Assembly: GCF_001194135.2 (NCBI RefSeq)
Contig: NC_069000.1
Location: 11,104,541-11,168,540, forward strand
Length of the DNA stretch: 64,000 nt
Reading direction: 5' to 3'
Source: Octopus bimaculoides
Lineage: Eukaryota
Part shown: in pieces, positions 63,823 to 64,000 of the stretch
Position numbering within the stretch: the stretch's first letter is position 1
Layout: each line of letters opens with the position of its first letter
Translations under genes and position numbers: made by a program
The notes under the pieces: generated by a model
Told to the model about the DNA's origin: nothing
Seen by the model: only the letters and a program-made list of their open reading frames with translations
Database searches by the model: none

Positions 63823-64000
63823 AGGTGGTCGTTGAACTTGCTAGTTATAACAGTCAAATCGCAACCTTCAAACCACGCAATGATCGACTTCAGACACGTT
63901 GGATGATGTAATCTGTGTAAAGTAGTTATGAGAGAAAAAAAAAAAAGACAAAAAAAATAATTTAAAAATATGGGATTGTCACGGTTGGAATGTCTTTGGT

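Overview
Eukaryotic, AT-rich and microsatellite-dense genomic DNA with many N gaps. The SINE families and repeat landscape suggest an octopus/cephalopod genome (inference). The only protein-coding gene I can support is GDP-mannose 4,6-dehydratase (GMDS). It has eight GT-AG exons on + between 5604 and 28304 (88, 110, 193, 105, 128, 119, 97 and 69 nt; 909 nt, 303 codons), which splice into an uninterrupted frame with intact catalytic motifs. The first two coding exons are presumably upstream of the window, and I could not find the terminal exon. The rest is tRNA-derived SINEs, decayed LINE fragments (CR1, RTE, an APE endonuclease), DNA-transposon relics (mariner and piggyBac MITEs, a Tigger/pogo HTH, a hAT end, Helitron pieces, a foldback element) and simple repeats. 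Nearly all ORFs in the supplied track are microsatellite or gap artefacts. Most notable: (1) two complete minimal type-I hammerhead ribozyme folds inside GMDS introns, one antisense (7914-7978) and one sense (29411-29494), plus degenerate relatives; (2) a 32-codon cryptic ORF at 51430 whose internal peptide repeats differ almost only at synonymous sites; (3) a CpG-poor to CpG-rich transition near 36.5-37.5 kb that may mark the end of a methylated gene body. All coordinates were counted by hand; repeat boundaries are approximate.
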